Source: a virus
Lineage: Duplodnaviria; Heunggongvirae; Uroviricota; Caudoviricetes
Length of the DNA: 6,886 nucleotides
Reading direction: 5' to 3' (one strand)
IMG/VR virus record: IMGVR_UViG_2731957842_000003
The position numbers were made by a program, and so were the translations under genes. This document shows, piece by piece, positions 1 to 6,886 of this stretch. The notes below the pieces were generated by a model. The model was not told where the DNA came from. It worked only from the letters and a program-made list of their open reading frames with translations, and made no database searches. Each line of letters opens with the position of its first letter. Within the stretch, counting starts at the first letter, position 1.

Positions 1-1241
1 CCCCTGAGCGCGGTTGGTGCTGTTGGCGTTCCGGTCAGTGCCGGACTGTCCAGTGGGGCTTTTCTGTTCGTTTCATCCATTACCACCTTAACCGCCTTTG
101 GCGTTGCAGCAAGCGTTTCAGACGTGCTGTTGGTTGCACTGCTGAGCTGCACTATCCCCTTTCTCGTTGTGTCCGCATCCTCAAGCGCGACAGCTGAAGC
201 TATATCTTCTGCACGTTTTGCCGAATTTTCTGCACGTATTGCCGCCGCTTCTGCCGCACTTTTGCTCTGCGATGCTGATACCGCACTTCCCGCAGCCTCT
301 GTCGCCTTCGTGGATGCCGTTGACGCACTCCCCGCCGCCGCTGTTTTTGCGTCTGCCGCGGCAGAGGCGCTCCGTTCCGCTGCTGTTTCAGATGACCTGG
401 CATTCGTCTCGGACGTTTTTGCCGCCCTGGCAGAATGTTCTGCCGCCGTTGCCGAGGAAGCTGCACGACCGGCACTTGATGATGCGTTCGTTTCTGATGA
501 TTTTGCTGCCTCTTTTGAGGCCACCGCATCTCGTGCTGAAGTGGCGGCCTCTGACGCTTTCGTGGCCGCGGTGGAGGCAGACGTGGCGGCTGATTGTTGT
601 GACGCTGCAGCATTCGTTTCTGACGTTTTCGCCGCACCGGCACTGGTGGCCGCCGCGTTTTTTGAGGACTCTGCGGCTGCGGCACTTTTTTCCGCTTCAG
701 TGGCCTTTGCTGATGCCGCTTCTGCGCCGGAGGACGCTTCCTGAGCTGACGATGCAGCCTGTCCGGCGGACGTGCTGGCGGCGCGTGCTGAGTCAGTTGC
801 ATCAGTCACAAGGGCCGCGACCTGAGCAGCTGATGCACTGGCATCGCCGGCTGATTTCTTCGCGTCTGCCGTACTCTGTGCCACCACGGACGCGTTACGC
901 GCCACCTCTTCCACCATCAGTTCAAGACGACGCAGCACCTCCGGCCGGGCATCATCCTCCGTCATGGCACAGAGAAAATCATTCAGCGTCCCCGGTTGTG
1001 AATCTTCATACACGGTGATGGTCCCGGCGTGCGATGGTGGAAAACCGTCAACCTGCAGGATGACACTGTACTGACCGTACTCCACATCCATGCTGTAACG
1101 CCCGGCTTCATCCGGATTCTCTGAGCCCACCGTGTTCACCACCACCGTGGTGCTGTTACGTCTGGCTTTCAGCTGAATGGTGCAGTTCTGTACCGGTTTT
1201 CCTGTGCCGTCTTTCAGGACTCCTGAAATCTTTACTGCCAT
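1..1241 (-). CDS. stf: Side tail fiber protein Stf, N-terminal 413 codons; the gene continues past the left edge of the window
   Basis: Minus-strand ATG at 1241-1239 (purine-rich GGGGTG 5 nt upstream). My in-frame translation runs MAVKISGVLKDGTGKPVQNCTIQLKARRNSTTVVVNTVGSENPDEAGRYSMDVEYGQYSVILQVDGFPPSHAGT...KAPLDSPALTGTPTAPTALRG with no stop down to position 3. It matches recalled lambda Stf (orf-401) N-terminus almost residue for residue. It is absent from the ORF track because there is no stop inside the window. Confidence 0.9.
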   Translation of the reverse strand, partial: MAVKISGVLKDGTGKPVQNCTIQLKARRNSTTVVVNTVGSENPDEAGRYSMDVEYGQYSVILQVDGFPPSHAGTITVYEDSQPGTLNDFLCAMTEDDARPEVLRRLELMVEEVARNASVVAQSTADAKKSAGDASASAAQVAALVTDATDSARAASTSAGQAASSAQEASSGAEAASAKATEAEKSAAAAESSKNAAATSAGAAKTSETNAAASQQSAATSASTAATKASEAATSARDAVASKEAAKSSETNASSSAGRAASSATAAEHSARAAKTSETNARSSETAAERSASAAADAKTAAAGSASTASTKATEAAGSAVSASQSKSAAEAAAIRAENSAKRAEDIASAVALEDADTTRKGIVQLSSATNSTSETLAATPKAVKVVMDETNRKAPLDSPALTGTPTAPTALR

Positions 1242-1252
1242 ATTCACCCCAC

Positions 1253-1278
1253 AAAAAAGCCCACCGGTTCCGGCGGGC
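1253..1278 (-). terminator. Rho-independent terminator between the lom remnant and stf
   Basis: On the minus strand: GCCCGCCGG-aa-CCGGTGGGC (9-bp stem with one G-U pair, plus-strand 1259-1278) followed directly by TTTTTT (plus-strand A-run 1253-1258). It lies 17 nt after the lom stop region and 12 nt before the stf start. Confidence 0.55.
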
Positions 1279-1305
1279 TGTCATAACACTGTGTTACCTG
1301 GCTAA

Positions 1306-5638
<4,333 letters not shown>

Positions 5639-5667
<29 letters not shown>

Positions 5668-6187
5668 CAATCCACCCGCCTACGTTCTCACCAGCTTTAG
5701 CTGCAACGTTGGAGGCTTTTGCGATTTCAGTTTTCACCACATCAAGGTGTGACGGTGAAATATCCGGATATTTACGCTGTAATGTCAGCGGCACACGTAC
5801 AAGTATCCCCGAAATCTCCTGTGCCACACGTTGCAGAATGAAGGTAAACAATTCCGTTTCCAGTACCAGCCCTTCTTCGCGGGCATTTTTCAGTTCCTGT
5901 GCATCAGCCTGTGCTTTTGTGAGTCGGTAGCGCTCATAGTCAATGGTGCCGGGTTGTAAATCTGATTCCGCAGCCGCACGCAAATCCTCGGTCTCTTTGC
6001 GGAGTTTTTCGTTTTCAATATCGGCTTCGCGCTGCGCATACCACTGAATTGCCATGGCGGTATCAAATACAGATTCAACCCCCTTACTACCACCAGAGAC
6101 ACAAGAGAGCCCTTGAGACTGCCAGCGTTCAATCGTTCGTGGATCCACGTTGAAAATTTCCGCGAGCTTCTTTTTATTAACCTTCAT
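5639..6187 (-). CDS. nu1: Terminase small subunit (gpNu1-like), apparently full length (182 aa)
   Basis: ATG at 6187-6185 gives [26 protein letters not shown]...[10 protein letters not shown]...[28 protein letters not shown]..., matching recalled lambda Nu1 (MEVNKKQLADIF...IENEKLRRE...[28 protein letters not shown]) at roughly 55-60% identity. The track ORF runs 18 nt further to a TTG at 6205. Stop at 5641-5639. The start lies about 180 bp from the putative cosN, as in lambda. Confidence 0.9.
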
Positions 6188-6212
6188 AAAACATTTCCAT
6201 ATCAAATGCAGG

Positions 6213-6265
6213 GTCCGACATGGAAGTGCTCAAAAACGTCTTTTTCGGGCACTTTCATGTCGGAC
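6213..6265. promoter_or_regulatory. Putative cosB: inverted pair of 16-bp repeats, candidate terminase (Nu1) R-sites
   Basis: GTCCGACATGGAAGTG at 6213-6228 and its near-perfect inverted copy (reverse complement of 6250-6265 is GTCCGACATGAAAGTG), 15 of 16 identical. A weaker related motif GTACCGACACG sits at 6313-6323. An A-tract (6285-6292) lies between repeats and cosN. The position between cosN and the Nu1 start matches lambda cosB organisation. Confidence 0.4.
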
Positions 6266-6363
6266 CTTTTACGGATGTGATTGATGAAAAAACAATGAGT
6301 TATACACGAGAAGTACCGACACGCTTTTTCCCGAAAAATTTTCATAAATAGCGAAAATCCGCG

Positions 6364-6375
6364 CCGCTGCCGCCC
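6364..6375. other. Putative cosN cohesive-end sequence of a lambdoid cos site, with a cosQ-like flank at 6391-6406
   Basis: Plus strand 6344-6380 ATAAATAGCGAAAATCCGCG|CCGCTGCCGCCC|CGTGG is collinear with the reverse complement of the recalled lambda cos junction (ATAAATAGCGAAAACCCGCG|AGGTCGCCGCCC|CGTAAC). The implied 12-nt 5' overhang is GGGCGGCAGCGG versus lambda GGGCGGCGACCT. Adjacent 6391-6406 (reverse complement ACGGGTCCTTCCGGTG) resembles the recalled lambda right-end sequence ACGGGTCCTTTCCGGTG. Confidence 0.6.
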
Positions 6376-6729
6376 CGTGGCAGACCACCCCACCGGAAGG
6401 ACCCGTACAAATAGAGTTATTATTAATTACATTTACAGTAGGAATGATGTACATCATTGAAACACCATTCAGTCATATACCGACAGCATTCGGTGTTGCA
6501 CTTCATAACTCTGCGACTACGGTTATAAAAGCATTGGCTACTTTTGCCACCGGCAAATCTTCAATGGATTTCCCCTGCCGGTTTTTTATTTTCATCGATG
6601 CATAACATTGCTTTTACATCAATAGCAGCTATTGTCAGTAGTATGTTGTATCGATGCATGGGTGGTATTGGCGATCTTCGCCGACCGGTTCTGTGTAGCT
6701 CCCTATGACCGGTTTTTTTATTTCTAAGA

Positions 6730-6766
6730 TTATAGAAGTCCTTCACTGTATGAAGGACTTCTATAA
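6730..6766. repeat. Perfect 16-bp inverted repeat with 5-nt loop; possible terminator or protein-binding palindrome
   Basis: 6730-6745 TTATAGAAGTCCTTCA pairs perfectly with 6751-6766 TGAAGGACTTCTATAA, loop CTGTA. T-rich DNA flanks it on the plus strand (GGTTTTTTTATTT upstream, CTTCTTACTTTGTAATTTT downstream). Confidence 0.5.
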
Positions 6767-6831
6767 CGCTTCTTACTTTGTAATTTTCGCACCTTCCGGT
6801 AATTCCATAGGTTAAAAAAACCTCATAATCT

Positions 6832-6860
6832 CTGACAATTTGATCCTACCCACGTAATAT
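6832..6860 (+). promoter_or_regulatory. Weak sigma70-like promoter candidate reading rightward out of the window
   Basis: CTGACA (6832-6837), 17-bp spacer, TAATAT (6855-6860), in AT-rich intergenic DNA. The match to the TTGACA / TATAAT consensus is partial only. Confidence 0.2.
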
Positions 6861-6886
6861 GGACACAGGCCTTAGCGAGGTTCTGG

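Noticed and set aside
124-1018. Plus-strand ORFs 124-744 (206 aa, Ala-rich) and 167-1018 (283 aa), and minus-strand ORF 200-802 (Arg/Pro/Gln-rich)
   Set aside because: All lie inside the stf coding region, antisense or in the wrong frame. The true frame, from the ATG at 1241, matches lambda Stf continuously. Long alternative ORFs are expected in this GC-rich, Ala/Ser-codon-rich repetitive sequence.
5668-6205. Track start coordinates for A (5670) and Nu1 (6205)
   Set aside because: Both track starts are TTG codons. Alignment with lambda gpA and gpNu1 N-termini places the real starts at the ATG codons at 5667 and 6187.
6202-6457. Minus-strand ORFs 6202-6393 and 6269-6457
   Set aside because: They run across the cosB/cosN region, which is a structured non-coding site, and have no recognisable product or RBS.
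6561-6746. Minus-strand ORF 6561-6746 (61 aa, basic)
   Set aside because: Its start codon lies inside the perfect palindrome, which yields the same MKDFY reading on both strands. The rest is low-complexity and basic, so it is more likely a by-product of the hairpin and AT-rich DNA.

Overview
The window is a decayed lambdoid (lambda-like) prophage segment, with every gene on the minus strand. I did not find a novel system: the remnants explain the whole window. Reading right to left: a cos site (cosQ-like flank, cosN, cosB), terminase small subunit Nu1 (intact), terminase large subunit A (truncated after about codon 425), tail-tip protein J (missing about 51 N-terminal and 115 C-terminal codons), a C-terminal 60-codon Lom fragment, an intrinsic terminator, and the first 413 codons of side tail fiber Stf running off the left edge. 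The A-to-J and J-to-lom boundaries are two out-of-frame deletion joints; the first removes the whole head and tail-shaft module. The J, Lom and Stf remnants are near-identical to lambda at protein level, while Nu1 and A are clearly diverged, so the element is mosaic. The right 500 bp is AT-rich non-coding DNA with a perfect 16-bp palindrome. All homology statements come from my recall of lambda proteins and DNA, not from a database search. All plus-strand ORFs in the supplied track look like antisense or out-of-frame artefacts.
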